The position numbers were made by a program, and so were the translations under genes. The notes beneath the pieces were generated by a model, which did no database searches, had not been told where the DNA came from, and saw only the letters and a list, made by a program, of their open reading frames with translations. A stretch of DNA of 64,000 nucleotides from an uncultured candidate division Zixibacteria bacterium (GTDB lineage: Bacteria > Zixibacteria > MSB-5A5 > GN15 > FEB-12): NCBI GenBank assembly GCA_963806185.1, contig CAWDXE010000008.1, positions 57,639 to 121,638 of the forward strand, in the 5' to 3' direction. The number at the start of each line of letters is the position of its first letter. Position 1 is the first letter of the stretch. Shown one piece after another: positions 10,731-20,225 of the stretch.

Positions 10731-10967
10731 CTACAGCGTAGGTGTCTGCGGCGTGGTGGGGGGATGTTTTCGCTTGAGATTGCTCACCAGGATAGCCATG
10801 CCAATTATGATCAGGATGGCCGGCCAGCTATACTCCAGTTCCGGCAGCACGCCGGTTGACACTCCGAGTAGCAATAGGCCCAGCCCCAGCCAGATGATGC
10901 CGCTGATCAATGGCCGACCTTCTTCTCTAGCCTTTCTGCGCGCTAATCGTCGTTCACTTCTTGTCAT
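10731..10967 (-). CDS. Small two-TM membrane protein (LiaF/DUF5668-like)
   Basis: GIIWLGLGLLLL...YSWPAILIIIGMAIL pattern; ATG 10967. Confidence 0.7.
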   Translation of the reverse strand: MTRSERRLARRKAREEGRPLISGIIWLGLGLLLLGVSTGVLPELEYSWPAILIIIGMAILVSNLKRKHPPTTPQTPTL

Positions 10968-11152
10968 ATGTCGCTCCGCCTTATGATACGTAAAAACAGT
11001 CACTTGGGGCACAGTTTCTTTGTCCGCTTTCCCGCCGCAATGTGAATCACGTGATATGAACATCGGCATTTTCCCCAAAATCGATATGACCGCCATGTGG
11101 TAGCCCGGCCACCCTGTCGTTTGCCATGTTGGCCCAAACGAAAGGAGCCCAC

Positions 11153-11725
11153 ATGCCCAAGCGGCTTTGCTATCGACAATGGCTGGTCAATTACGGCTTT
11201 GACCCCCGCGAAGATCCACCGACCGACAACCTCCTCGTCTACCAGTCGGGTCGCCCGTTGTCAGTCGATGACGAACCTATGCCGGACCAATCCACCACCG
11301 ACCCCCAGCCGGCAGAATCCATCGACACCCTTATGGTCCGCCGGGCGGTTGCCCGACTGCGGGACGACGAACGCGATATCATCGAACGATACTACTACAT
11401 GGGCCAGAGCTTTCAGCAGATCGCCGAATTGTTGGTCTGCGCGTCTATCATTGTCGAGCGCCGTCATCGACTCGCGCTGGCCAGACTGCGACGAATTCTC
11501 GAGCCCTGGTTTCTGCGCGGCGACACCGCCGGTCTCGAACCGGCCTGTCGCATCTGCCGATCACCGCACCGCAGAGCTGTCGAGGTCGTCATTTGCAGTA
11601 AGACCAATGAGGAAAGCTATAAGCGCGTCCTGCGGATTATCCGGACGCAATTCGGCCTTAAACTCAACCATCCGCATGCGCTCATTCACCACCGCAATTT
11701 CCATATGAAAGGGGAGAACTTGTGA
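11153..11725 (+). CDS. Sigma70 region-4-like HTH protein with C-terminal CxxC...HxxxH zinc finger
   Basis: RBS AAGGAG; VRRAVARLRDDERDIIERYYYMGQSFQQIAELL...RALARLR-like region 4; CRICRSPHR...IHHRNFHM; no region 2 recognisable. Confidence 0.75.
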   Translation: MPKRLCYRQWLVNYGFDPREDPPTDNLLVYQSGRPLSVDDEPMPDQSTTDPQPAESIDTLMVRRAVARLRDDERDIIERYYYMGQSFQQIAELLVCASIIVERRHRLALARLRRILEPWFLRGDTAGLEPACRICRSPHRRAVEVVICSKTNEESYKRVLRIIRTQFGLKLNHPHALIHHRNFHMKGENL

Positions 11726-11976
11726 CACCCATCAATCCGGTCGTATCGGTGCGCGGCGATCACTCCATCAATCTCACCATCTCATACGAATTGAAAGAGC
11801 GCATCGAGGCCCTCTCCAAATCGTATGATCTTTCGATGGCCGACACCGTTCGCCAACTGCTTCGTCTTGGTGTGCCGGTTCTGGAAGGAATGGCCGATCT
11901 GCAGTTACATTGGCTTCGCGAATATGTCGCCGCCGCCGACCGCTTGCGCGAAACAAAGGGCATTCGCGGCATCTGA
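11722..11976 (+). CDS. Ribbon-helix-helix (CopG-like) DNA-binding protein
   Basis: SINLTISYELKERIEALSKSYDLSMADTVRQLLRLG; GTGA overlap with the upstream gene; RBS GGAG. Confidence 0.75.
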   Translation: MTPINPVVSVRGDHSINLTISYELKERIEALSKSYDLSMADTVRQLLRLGVPVLEGMADLQLHWLREYVAAADRLRETKGIRGI

Positions 11977-12067
11977 AACCAGTTGGCACCACATCTCGGC
12001 TGTGTCCAGGGACGCTGTAGGGCGGAACTCATTTTCCATTCGACAAGAGTTCCGCCTCATATCTTCC

Positions 12068-12606
12068 TCCCTTTCACTCTGGGAGAAAGCCGGCGTGAGG
12101 GCGGGCAAGAAGTAGGTCAGGCTCCCTGTGAGCCTGACAGTGAGTGCGTCCATACTGCACTTGTCATTCCGGACCTCCGGTCCGGAATCCATGGGGCCTA
12201 TCGTTCGTTGCGTCAGGTCCTGCGCCGAGTCCGCGAGGCGTGTGACCTGACGGTCCCTTGAATGTCGCATCCTTAGGCGGGGCCCATCCCCATACCAATG
12301 CGAGAACCAAACGAGCACTCTCCGTCGCACTGAGCGAAGTCGAAGTGCGACGAGACGATCTCCTCCTCCCTCTCCCTTTGCGAGAGGGCCGGGATGAGGG
12401 CCGATAGGTCGCACGAGAAGTAAGTCAGGCTCCCTGTGAGCCTGACAGTGAGTGAGTCTATACTGCACTTGTCATTCCGGACCCCCGGTCCGGAATCCAT
12501 GGGGCCCATCGTTCGTTGCGTCAGGTCCTGCGCCGAGTCCGCGAGGCGCGTGACCTGACGCTATTCTCTCCTCCCTCTCCCTTTGCCAGAGGGCCGGGGT
12601 GAGGGC
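12068..12606 (+). repeat. Mosaic of REP-like palindromes with a ~145-bp direct repeat
   Basis: Copies at about 12108-12252 and 12416-12560 (period 308). Each contains gtcaggctc..gagcctgac, gtcattccggacc..ggtccggaatcc and cgtcaggtc..gacctgacg hairpins, with three ccctctccc..gagaggg..gaggg-type units around them. Confidence 0.85.
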
Positions 12607-12634
12607 CATTGAGCGATATGGTTCCACATTCGCC

Positions 12635-13417
12635 CTACCTGAATATCTCGTCGAAAAATCGCTGCATGTCCATCCACGAACGAACATCCGCCTGTCTGTC
12701 GTACGCCAAACCAGTCGAGGGATCTCCTGTGTTCCCCGAATTCGTGAATCCGTGCACCGCCCCGCCGTACAGATTCAACTCCCAGTTGACCTTTGCGTCA
12801 TTCATCTCTTTGGTAAATGCGGCCACGTCCTCCATGGGCGAAAACGGATCGGCGGCGCCATGGCAGACCAGCACATTCGCCTTGATATTCCGGGCATCTT
12901 CCGGTGATCCCGATTTCAGGTTGCCGTGGAAGCTTACGACGCCGGCAAGGGGATATCCCGACCGTGCCATCTCCAGCGCCATTCCGCCACCGAAACAGTA
13001 GCCGATTGCCGCCAGTCGCGTCGTGTCGACCAGCAGTTGCTTCTTGAGTACTTCCAACCCAGCCAGGGCTCTGACTCGGGCCATCGGGCGGTCCTGATAA
13101 AATTGTCCCGCCATCTTTCCGGCTTCTTCATTGGTCGTCGGCCGAACCCCCTTACCGTACATGTCGATGGCCATCGCCACGTACCCAAGCTGCGCCAGCT
13201 GTTCAGCCCGACGCTTCGCGTAATCATTGAGCCCGTACCATTCGTGAATGACGACCACTCCGGGCCGCTTGCCCGACAGCGTACTGTCATAGGCCAGGTA
13301 CCCCTCAAGCACAACGTCGCCGTCACGGTACTCCACCGTCTGGGTCTTCATCTGAGTCTCTCCCTTGGCCAACCCGGCCACCCAAAAAAGACACAAGAGA
13401 ACTGCCGCTCGCTTCAT
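12635..13417 (-). CDS. Dienelactone hydrolase family protein (signal peptide)
   Basis: IHEWYG, nucleophile GYCFGG, HGAADP, AVHGF; start MKRAAVLL at 13417. Confidence 0.92.
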   Translation of the reverse strand: MKRAAVLLCLFWVAGLAKGETQMKTQTVEYRDGDVVLEGYLAYDSTLSGKRPGVVVIHEWYGLNDYAKRRAEQLAQLGYVAMAIDMYGKGVRPTTNEEAGKMAGQFYQDRPMARVRALAGLEVLKKQLLVDTTRLAAIGYCFGGGMALEMARSGYPLAGVVSFHGNLKSGSPEDARNIKANVLVCHGAADPFSPMEDVAAFTKEMNDAKVNWELNLYGGAVHGFTNSGNTGDPSTGLAYDRQADVRSWMDMQRFFDEIFR

Positions 13418-13878
13418 CGCTTCTTCCCTTCCTGAGATTGTAATGGCCGTGTCAAACCGCGTTAGAATTGTCCCGATTAACGGAAGGCTGACGATCCTTG
13501 TCAAGTCTTACCCGCGCCAAAGCCAGTTCCACAAATGCACTAGACTGTACCTGCGGCAGTTCCAGTAACCGACCTCGGCAGTCGATCGCCCACCTGCGTA
13601 ACTCAGTGCCACAGAATACCCTCCCACCACCGGAATTTGACATCAGGTGTCCGGAACGCCACCCCCATTAAAGACCCGCACAGTCGCCGATCTCAAAGGG
13701 CATTCCATTGTGCTCCAAGACCTTCAGTATTTCCAACCGGCCCAAAAGATGAAAACATTTGCGTAACCGTTGCACTGACAATTCCAGACATCTCGGCCCC
13801 CAGCCATACCTCATCCCCGAAATCCATCTAACTAATTGCAGGACAACACGATATTATTCGCGCGCAAAATCCAGACAA

Positions 13879-13894
13879 TTGGCACACGTATTGC
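13879..13894 (+). promoter_or_regulatory. Sigma54 (-24/-12) promoter of the PEP-CTERM gene
   Basis: TTGGCAC-ACGTA-TTGC with exact consensus spacing, about 70 nt before ATG 13966. Confidence 0.85.
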
Positions 13895-13965
13895 CATTAC
13901 ATACGCCGGATATAACTGTATTCAGGTTTTGAAGTCACGTCTAGATACTCGGGAGAACGAGACAA

Positions 13966-14793
13966 ATGAAAAAGGTAATCTTTCTTGGGTTGCTGACCTT
14001 GGGGGTGCTGGCCATCGCGCCTGCCTCACAGGCCTTCAACTACCACTACAATCAGGTCTTCGCCAACGGCAGCACGCCGTTCGATGCCAACAACAACACG
14101 GCCCCGGGCTTCATCCCGTATCCGACCGGTGTTGGTCGGCCGTCGCCGAACAAGAGCGGTGAGGGTGGCGAGTTGTTTGACCTCGAGGGCCTGCAGGTCA
14201 AAGAGAAGAACAACAAGGTGTACATTGCCATGGCCAACTCCTTTGGCTGGCAAGCCTATTCCAAACAGTACCGCCGCAACTACTGGATGGGTGACCTGTT
14301 CATCGGTGTCGATGGCAAGAAGGACAAATTCGCCATCAACATCAACAACATCGCTACTGGCGGCAGCACTAAGAAGCTCGACTTCTATACCCTTAACGGT
14401 GGCAACACCAAAGGTCTCCCGTCGGTCGATGGCGGCTACTGGAACAAGTCCAGCGTCTCGAGCAAGATCGGCGCTTTCGAAGTGAAAGACCTGAGCAAGG
14501 GTAAACGCGGTAACGCGGTCGATGCTTATCTTGGCTTCGCCAAGGATTACGAGAAAGTTGACGGTAAGATGGGTGGCAATGGTAATACCTACGTGTGGGA
14601 ATTCTGCTTCGACAAGTCCCTCCTGGGCGACTTCAAGCAGCTCGACTTCCACGCGGCTCTGGCTTGCGGCAACGACCTGTTGCTCGGTCAGTACTGCGCC
14701 CCGGCCCCGCCGCACTCCGTTCCTGAGCCCACGACACTCGCGCTCTTTGGATTGGGTGCCGCCGGCCTCGGCATGATCCGTCGTCGGAAATAG
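13966..14793 (+). CDS. PEP-CTERM (exosortase-target) surface protein
   Basis: Signal peptide; C-terminus VPEPTTLALFGLGAAGLGMIRRRK. Confidence 0.93.
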   Translation: MKKVIFLGLLTLGVLAIAPASQAFNYHYNQVFANGSTPFDANNNTAPGFIPYPTGVGRPSPNKSGEGGELFDLEGLQVKEKNNKVYIAMANSFGWQAYSKQYRRNYWMGDLFIGVDGKKDKFAININNIATGGSTKKLDFYTLNGGNTKGLPSVDGGYWNKSSVSSKIGAFEVKDLSKGKRGNAVDAYLGFAKDYEKVDGKMGGNGNTYVWEFCFDKSLLGDFKQLDFHAALACGNDLLLGQYCAPAPPHSVPEPTTLALFGLGAAGLGMIRRRK

Positions 14794-14823
14794 TAACTCG
14801 CTCCTGAGTTCTGGACTAATGAC

Positions 14824-14856
14824 AAAGCCCCTCTGCAAAGCGGGGCTTTATTTTTT
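14824..14856 (+). terminator. Rho-independent terminator
   Basis: aaagcccc...ggggcttt followed by atttttt. Confidence 0.8.
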
Positions 14857-14884
14857 GGGCGATTATTACTCCTGAGACCACAAA

Positions 14885-15589
14885 CTACTCGTGATCCCGA
14901 TGACTCAGCTTGTTCATCTTGGCGTGAAACGCCACCTCCGCCGTCGTCACCATCTCCTCGACATCCATCATGCAACTGTTGAACACCAGGTCGTAGTGCG
15001 CCGGCTCGTCGATATCCGCCTTGAATAAACGCGCGATAAATTCCTTGCGCTCCTTATCGGAAAGTGATATCCGCCGCTCGGCGTCACCCGGCGCCATACT
15101 GCTGTAGCGAACCAGATTATCGATCCGCCGATCTTTCGGCGCCACCACGCGAATATGAAATCCCACCGTCGGCCCCAGGATAAAACTCGCCCCGCGCCCC
15201 ATCACGATAACACCACCGAGGTGCGCCATACTTTGGATGATCCGATACAGATGCCGCAGGTAATCACCGGAATCAAACGACTCTCCGGTGATCATCGATT
15301 CGACCGTCAGCTCCAGCCGACCGCGAAGTTTGTCATCGAGCGACTCGACAACCCGCTTCCGATAATCTGATGATGTGCAGATGGCGTCGATCACCTCGCG
15401 GTGAAGACGCTGATACCCGAGTCGTTGGGCCAGGCGAGATCCGAAGTACGATCCCCGACTGCCGGACTGGCGACTTATAGTGACGATCGGTAATGGTGCC
15501 TGACGAAGTGCCGGTTCGGCGTCTTTGGGGCGATGCTCCAGTTCCCAGCGCAACAACTGACGATTGATGATCGCGTCAATTGATGTCAT
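14885..15589 (-). CDS. Cytidylate kinase-like family protein
   Basis: VTISRQSGSRG, VIVMGRGASFIL, HYDLVFNS. Confidence 0.88.
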   Translation of the reverse strand: MTSIDAIINRQLLRWELEHRPKDAEPALRQAPLPIVTISRQSGSRGSYFGSRLAQRLGYQRLHREVIDAICTSSDYRKRVVESLDDKLRGRLELTVESMITGESFDSGDYLRHLYRIIQSMAHLGGVIVMGRGASFILGPTVGFHIRVVAPKDRRIDNLVRYSSMAPGDAERRISLSDKERKEFIARLFKADIDEPAHYDLVFNSCMMDVEEMVTTAEVAFHAKMNKLSHRDHE

Positions 15590-15711
15590 GTCGCATCACA
15601 CTCCTGTTATTAATATATACGAAACAGGACGTTTAACGACAGATTTTCTTTGGCCCCGCCATCTGTTAGGACAACAGAGATTTAATTAGTCGAATATCTC
15701 GACCTTGAGGC

Positions 15712-16449
15712 CTATGCAGTCGCCTCATTCAGCCGGTCGGCCACTGCTCTCCAGTTCACCACATTCCACCAGGCCGTGATATACTCGGCCCGGCGATTCT
15801 GGTACTTTAAATAGTAGGCGTGTTCCCAGACGTCGACCCCCAGAATCGGCATCGTCCCCCACATCGCCAGCTTGTTCTGGCTCTCCGCCTGCGTGATGAC
15901 CAGCCGCCCGTCCATCGGCCGATAGTGCAATAGTGCCCACCCGCCCCCTTCGACCTTCGCCGCCGCTTCGCTAAACTGCTTGCGGAAGACTTCGATGCCG
16001 CCAAAGTCCGCCTTGATCCGCTCCGCCAGTTCCCCTTCCGGATCGCCCCCGCCGCCGTTTTGAGCCGGTGCCATCACACTCCAGAAGAGGCTATGCAGGT
16101 AGTGCCCGCTGTAGTTGAACGACAAACTGCGCGACCAGTGCTGAATCAACGCGAAATCGCCCGCCGAGCGCGCCTTGGCCAGCTCCGTGTCGGCCTTATT
16201 GAGCCCATCGACATACGCCTGGTGATGCTTGCTGTGATGCAGCTCCATCGTCTGCGCATCTATATGTGGTTCAAGCGCACTATACGCATACGCCAGCTTA
16301 GGCAATACGGCCGGCCCCGCTGTCGGCATCGCCTTCTTGCCAGTGGTGGCCGGAGTTTGCGCCAGAAGTGAAATCGGCGCCTGCATCATGGCGCCTACTG
16401 CGACGGCCGTCCCGGCCGCTTTGAGGAAGGTTCTCCGTTCCGAGTCCAT
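15712..16449 (-). CDS. Fe/Mn superoxide dismutase with twin-arginine signal peptide
   Basis: ALEPHIDAQTMELHHSKHHQAYV, GHYLHSLFW, DVWEHAYYL; N-terminal SERRTFLK. Confidence 0.95.
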   Translation of the reverse strand: MDSERRTFLKAAGTAVAVGAMMQAPISLLAQTPATTGKKAMPTAGPAVLPKLAYAYSALEPHIDAQTMELHHSKHHQAYVDGLNKADTELAKARSAGDFALIQHWSRSLSFNYSGHYLHSLFWSVMAPAQNGGGGDPEGELAERIKADFGGIEVFRKQFSEAAAKVEGGGWALLHYRPMDGRLVITQAESQNKLAMWGTMPILGVDVWEHAYYLKYQNRRAEYITAWWNVVNWRAVADRLNEATA

Positions 16450-16544
16450 GTTGCCTCCCGTCGCTTGTGGGGCGACTTAAAGATGTACTGATTTAGACTA
16501 TGCTAGTAAACACCCGACCGCGCCGCCGGTTCCATCATACCCCC

Positions 16545-16620
16545 TTGTCATTCCTGACCTTCCCCTACTTGTCATTCCGGACCCTCACCATTGTCATTCC
16601 GGACCGAAGGTCCGGAATCC
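16545..16620 (+). repeat. REP-like element preceded by two truncated 5' arms
   Basis: ttgtcattcc at 16545, 16569 and 16591; only the last forms the full gtcattccggaccgaaggtccggaatcc hairpin. Confidence 0.75.
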
Positions 16621-16703
16621 ATGGGGTCACACTTCCCACTGCGCTACGCCCTAACCCGGATACCGGCTTTCGCTGGTACGACATGGACGGAAATGCGGCC
16701 TGT

Positions 16704-19127
16704 CTACTCGATCACCACAATTTTCCCGATCTGGTTGCCTTGCGACGACTCAATCACCCAATAGTAAATGCCCGACACCGCCAGCTGGGTGTTGCGCGTA
16801 ATCAAATCCCAGTAGTCATGCGAGGCTTCAGGATCATCGGGCGAATAGTTGTGATGAATTTCTTTCACCAGATCGCCATCAAGTGAGAGAATCGAAATCG
16901 TGCATTTGGCGGGGAGGTTGCCAAAATTGATCCGTCGCGCGCGATCGTACCAGAGGGTCTGGTCGCGATTCTCAAACCCCTGTGCCTCGTAGTTGCCATC
17001 GTAACGGTACGGGTTGGGCCAGACATACACTTTTAGCTTGTCTGCTAAGGCAGCATCGGGTGTCGGAAGAGCGTAGGCGGCAATAAGATTGTTGAGTTTG
17101 CTCGACTCCTGAGCGGGTAGTCCGCCCAGCGCAAAGCCAAAGTCAAACGCCGTCACAACGACTTGATATTCTACGGTAGGTAACAGGTTATCAATCGAAT
17201 ATTCGTATTCGTAGTATTTCGGGAGGTCTCGGCCATGCTCAGATGTGAGCATGTCGTCGGTCCAGAGGGTGGTGTCATCGGGAGGGTACACGGCATCCGG
17301 GTAGGCTTTGCGAATGCCGTCGGGACGAGTCAGGCTCGACTGATTGAAATCCTGGGCCTCGAAACGATAAAACGTGTCATTGACCACGAGTGGATGATCA
17401 CGAGTATAGATCGTCGGCTCGAAGTCGGGGTCGTCATAGAGAATACGCAGAGAATCGAGCGACAACGGTAGTTCGGTCGCTTTCCACTCCCAGTTTCCGT
17501 TTTGTAGTTGGATCAGCTTGTAGCGTTGATAATTGTCCGCATCCCACGAAGTCAGAAGACCGAGCGATGACAACCGGGTGTCCAGCCCCATGTACACACG
17601 GTACCCCTCGAAGTCCTTCACTCTGGTAAACGGGTCAGGCGTCATCTGGCTGTAATATCCGTTCCAACGGATGGTCAGCTTGCCGTTCTCAGGATAGACT
17701 CGGACGAGCGGCGCTGACGGAGGCACATCGGCTCGCCAGTCCGGGACACGGTCCCCCTCGTACCAGAAAGTATCGCCGTCGCACATGGTGAATTTGCCGA
17801 AATACCCGTCGCCATCGGTGTCGACCCCCGGATTGTCGTACACCCACCCGGCCCAGCGGGCATTGGTAGCGAGGCGGGAGAAGTCGAGCGAACTGTAGAG
17901 CCAATAGGGATGATACGGATCCCAGAGATTTTCGTAGTCCGTGGGTAGGACGTGCACCGAATCGCCAGCCACGATAGCGAAGACGAACGAGCACTCTTCT
18001 CCCGGAGACAAGTCGACGGGGCCCGCCGTAAACTCGCCGAACGTAAGTTCGCCATCGGCGATAATTGCAGCGTCAGGCGGAGGCGGCTGATAACCCTGAA
18101 ATGAGTGATCAACGGCGGTGGTCATCTGATCGTAGTCAACTTCACCGTTGCTGATCTTGCGGTAATATCCGGCCATAGGGGACGACCATGTGGGAATTTC
18201 GTGCCCACGCATGGTCGGATCGAAGTGGGCTGGGCCGTTGGGCCTCCCTGTCTCCCAGTTAAATGACAGGGTAAATTGAGGACCGCCGAATTGCAGAATG
18301 GAGATACCGACCGCTCCTCGCGCTGAACGAGCTGACCAGTTCCCATTTTCCGGATTGCCGTCGTTGTCCAACAAATAGACAACGTTGGGATGGTCGATTA
18401 TCCCGCATTGTTCATGGGAAGGGTACGACCCGAGAAAACCTACAAGGCCGTTGTGCCGTTCGGTTGCGAGCCCGTCATCAAACGCCGCCCCCAGGGCATA
18501 AAAGAAAAACCCGGTGTAGACGTTCTTAATCGGGCGGATACCCACATTAGTCAGCACACACTCGACCAGGATAACGCCTCGCAATCGTTCAGCAGCCCAG
18601 GCGCTGGACCGCTGGAAAACAGCTAACCCCATCGGCTGGTGATAGTAGTCCGAGATTTCATCGCGCATGGTGGTATCGTTGTACCAGCACAGGATGTCCA
18701 AATCTGAACGTGCCTCGGGTGAGTAAGATGCCCTGGTCGGATCCTTGGTCTGGAAAGCGAATGTTGAGTGCGGATAAGGATCGGGGTCAAAATCGAAATC
18801 GGAGACGATGGTATCGTTGTCGACTATCCCGCCGATGATGAGTCGAGGTTCCAGACGGAAGACTATCCGACTATCGCGGGGAAAAGAAATGAGAAAAATT
18901 GAATCATTGGACAACGGGTCATACGCTATTGTGTCGCCGAACCGACCGGTATTGGTGAGAGCCAATTGCAGGTTGCCTTGATTATGGGCCGTGATATCCG
19001 GCGGCGGGACAGGTGAATAATCGTTGGTGGCAGCCGAGACAGATAGAACAAGGCCAACGACAAGTACAGACTCCGCAGCCATGTTGAGCAAGAAACGGCG
19101 CACACATGCCTCTACGGTATGTCCCAT
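16704..19127 (-). CDS. Large secreted protein with FN3-like region and T9SS-CTD/FlgD-like C-terminus
   Basis: 807-aa ORF with hydrophobic N-terminus; DFEGYRVY; C-terminal VYVWPNPY...CTISILSLDGDLVKEI...WDLITRNTQLAVSGIYYWVIES...GKIVVIE. Start uncertain (19127 or 19082). Confidence 0.8.
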   Translation of the reverse strand: MGHTVEACVRRFLLNMAAESVLVVGLVLSVSAATNDYSPVPPPDITAHNQGNLQLALTNTGRFGDTIAYDPLSNDSIFLISFPRDSRIVFRLEPRLIIGGIVDNDTIVSDFDFDPDPYPHSTFAFQTKDPTRASYSPEARSDLDILCWYNDTTMRDEISDYYHQPMGLAVFQRSSAWAAERLRGVILVECVLTNVGIRPIKNVYTGFFFYALGAAFDDGLATERHNGLVGFLGSYPSHEQCGIIDHPNVVYLLDNDGNPENGNWSARSARGAVGISILQFGGPQFTLSFNWETGRPNGPAHFDPTMRGHEIPTWSSPMAGYYRKISNGEVDYDQMTTAVDHSFQGYQPPPPDAAIIADGELTFGEFTAGPVDLSPGEECSFVFAIVAGDSVHVLPTDYENLWDPYHPYWLYSSLDFSRLATNARWAGWVYDNPGVDTDGDGYFGKFTMCDGDTFWYEGDRVPDWRADVPPSAPLVRVYPENGKLTIRWNGYYSQMTPDPFTRVKDFEGYRVYMGLDTRLSSLGLLTSWDADNYQRYKLIQLQNGNWEWKATELPLSLDSLRILYDDPDFEPTIYTRDHPLVVNDTFYRFEAQDFNQSSLTRPDGIRKAYPDAVYPPDDTTLWTDDMLTSEHGRDLPKYYEYEYSIDNLLPTVEYQVVVTAFDFGFALGGLPAQESSKLNNLIAAYALPTPDAALADKLKVYVWPNPYRYDGNYEAQGFENRDQTLWYDRARRINFGNLPAKCTISILSLDGDLVKEIHHNYSPDDPEASHDYWDLITRNTQLAVSGIYYWVIESSQGNQIGKIVVIE

Positions 19128-19177
19128 GATGTTACCGGAGCGACAATTCGTCTATCATCGCTCCGGCTCGTTTCTGC

Positions 19178-19474
19178 TCAGAAATCAAAGCAGCCTTCGA
19201 ACACCCAAGTGACTTCCACGCCCCCTACAACGCACGGCTCTTGACAGTGCGGCGGCTCCGTCTCTGTCTTCATGTAGTATACCCACATTTCTCGGCACGG
19301 TGCGGGACAGCAATGTCCGTACCGAAGGTCTGGAAGACTGCACCCCTCACAACCAGCAGGGGGACCAGGATTGCAATCACCACTTGCCGACACGGGCCCC
19401 GGCAAGAACGTCAACAACGCCCCGAATGCGAGAGAACACACCAGGGCGACTGACAACGATTTCCATTTCGTCAT
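19178..19474 (-). CDS. Small secreted cysteine-rich protein
   Basis: RBS AAGGAGG 5 nt before ATG 19474; signal peptide ending PVSA; ~68-aa mature part with 9 Cys. Confidence 0.75.
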   Translation of the reverse strand: MTKWKSLSVALVCSLAFGALLTFLPGPVSASGDCNPGPPAGCEGCSLPDLRYGHCCPAPCREMWVYYMKTETEPPHCQEPCVVGGVEVTWVFEGCFDF

Positions 19475-19484
19475 GGACACCTCC

Positions 19485-20114
19485 TTAGCCCGATTGGGGC
19501 TCGAACAAGTAGCTGATTACAGCTGAGTCCAAGTTCTCCTTGAACCCAACCTCAATGGCCGAAATCACTCCACTCTCATCAAGACAATAGATCGTTGGGT
19601 ACGCATTGAGAAACTTGTTTTCAGAAAAAGATATTGCATCGTACCGAAATAACTGCGCAAATCTCAAGAGTTCCCGATAGCCTTGAGTCAAATCCCCCTG
19701 GGACCGGTCAATCCCTACTAGGACACTCGTATTGGAACTAGTTTCAGGGTTCAGGTTGAGCCGAAGGTAGTCGAGCAAGTCATCGCACCGTTCGCAGCCG
19801 AGCGAGATTAAAACGACAACTCGTCGCTGGTCACCAAGAATATCGGCGAATTCAACTCTCTTGCCTTGAACTTCTACCGAGTCCAAAGGGAACAAGTCGC
19901 CCACACCTATTGCCAAATCCTTGGCTGTATTCACGTGCATTGTTGACTTGTCCTGGCCCCGGGATGTCCGAGCAGAGGCGTGAGTTGTCCATCGGGATAC
20001 TTGCTGGGCAAGTAGAATACCGCCTGCAATACCAGCCACAATCACGATGAAAAGCGACAGGCGTTCAGAGAATCGACCGTTCGAAATGATATTTGCCATA
20101 GGGAAGTCCCGCAA
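19485..20114 (-). CDS. Membrane-anchored thioredoxin-fold (TlpA/redoxin-like) protein
   Basis: N-terminal TM segment, GDLFP, VVVLISLGCERC (CxxC), YPTIYCLDESG (cis-Pro motif). Confidence 0.75.
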   Translation of the reverse strand: MRDFPMANIISNGRFSERLSLFIVIVAGIAGGILLAQQVSRWTTHASARTSRGQDKSTMHVNTAKDLAIGVGDLFPLDSVEVQGKRVEFADILGDQRRVVVLISLGCERCDDLLDYLRLNLNPETSSNTSVLVGIDRSQGDLTQGYRELLRFAQLFRYDAISFSENKFLNAYPTIYCLDESGVISAIEVGFKENLDSAVISYLFEPQSG

Positions 20115-20225
20115 TCAATGGTCATGACTACTAATGTTAAGAGTGCGACTCCACGATCGAGTTTGTCAAGTGAAATCGCGGCGTGCGGGAGAAAGATGAC
20201 CTTTTAAACACTACAAGGGGTGCCA

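Noticed and set aside
11905..12687. Minus-strand ORFs over the repeat block (also 56276-56513 and 57357-57972)
   Set aside because: Translations of REP mosaics with repeated peptides, no RBS and no recognisable domain.
14026..14838. Long antisense ORFs (also 31424-32548, 43067-43984, 47648-48823, 61162-61983)
   Set aside because: Shadow frames of well-supported genes in high-GC DNA.
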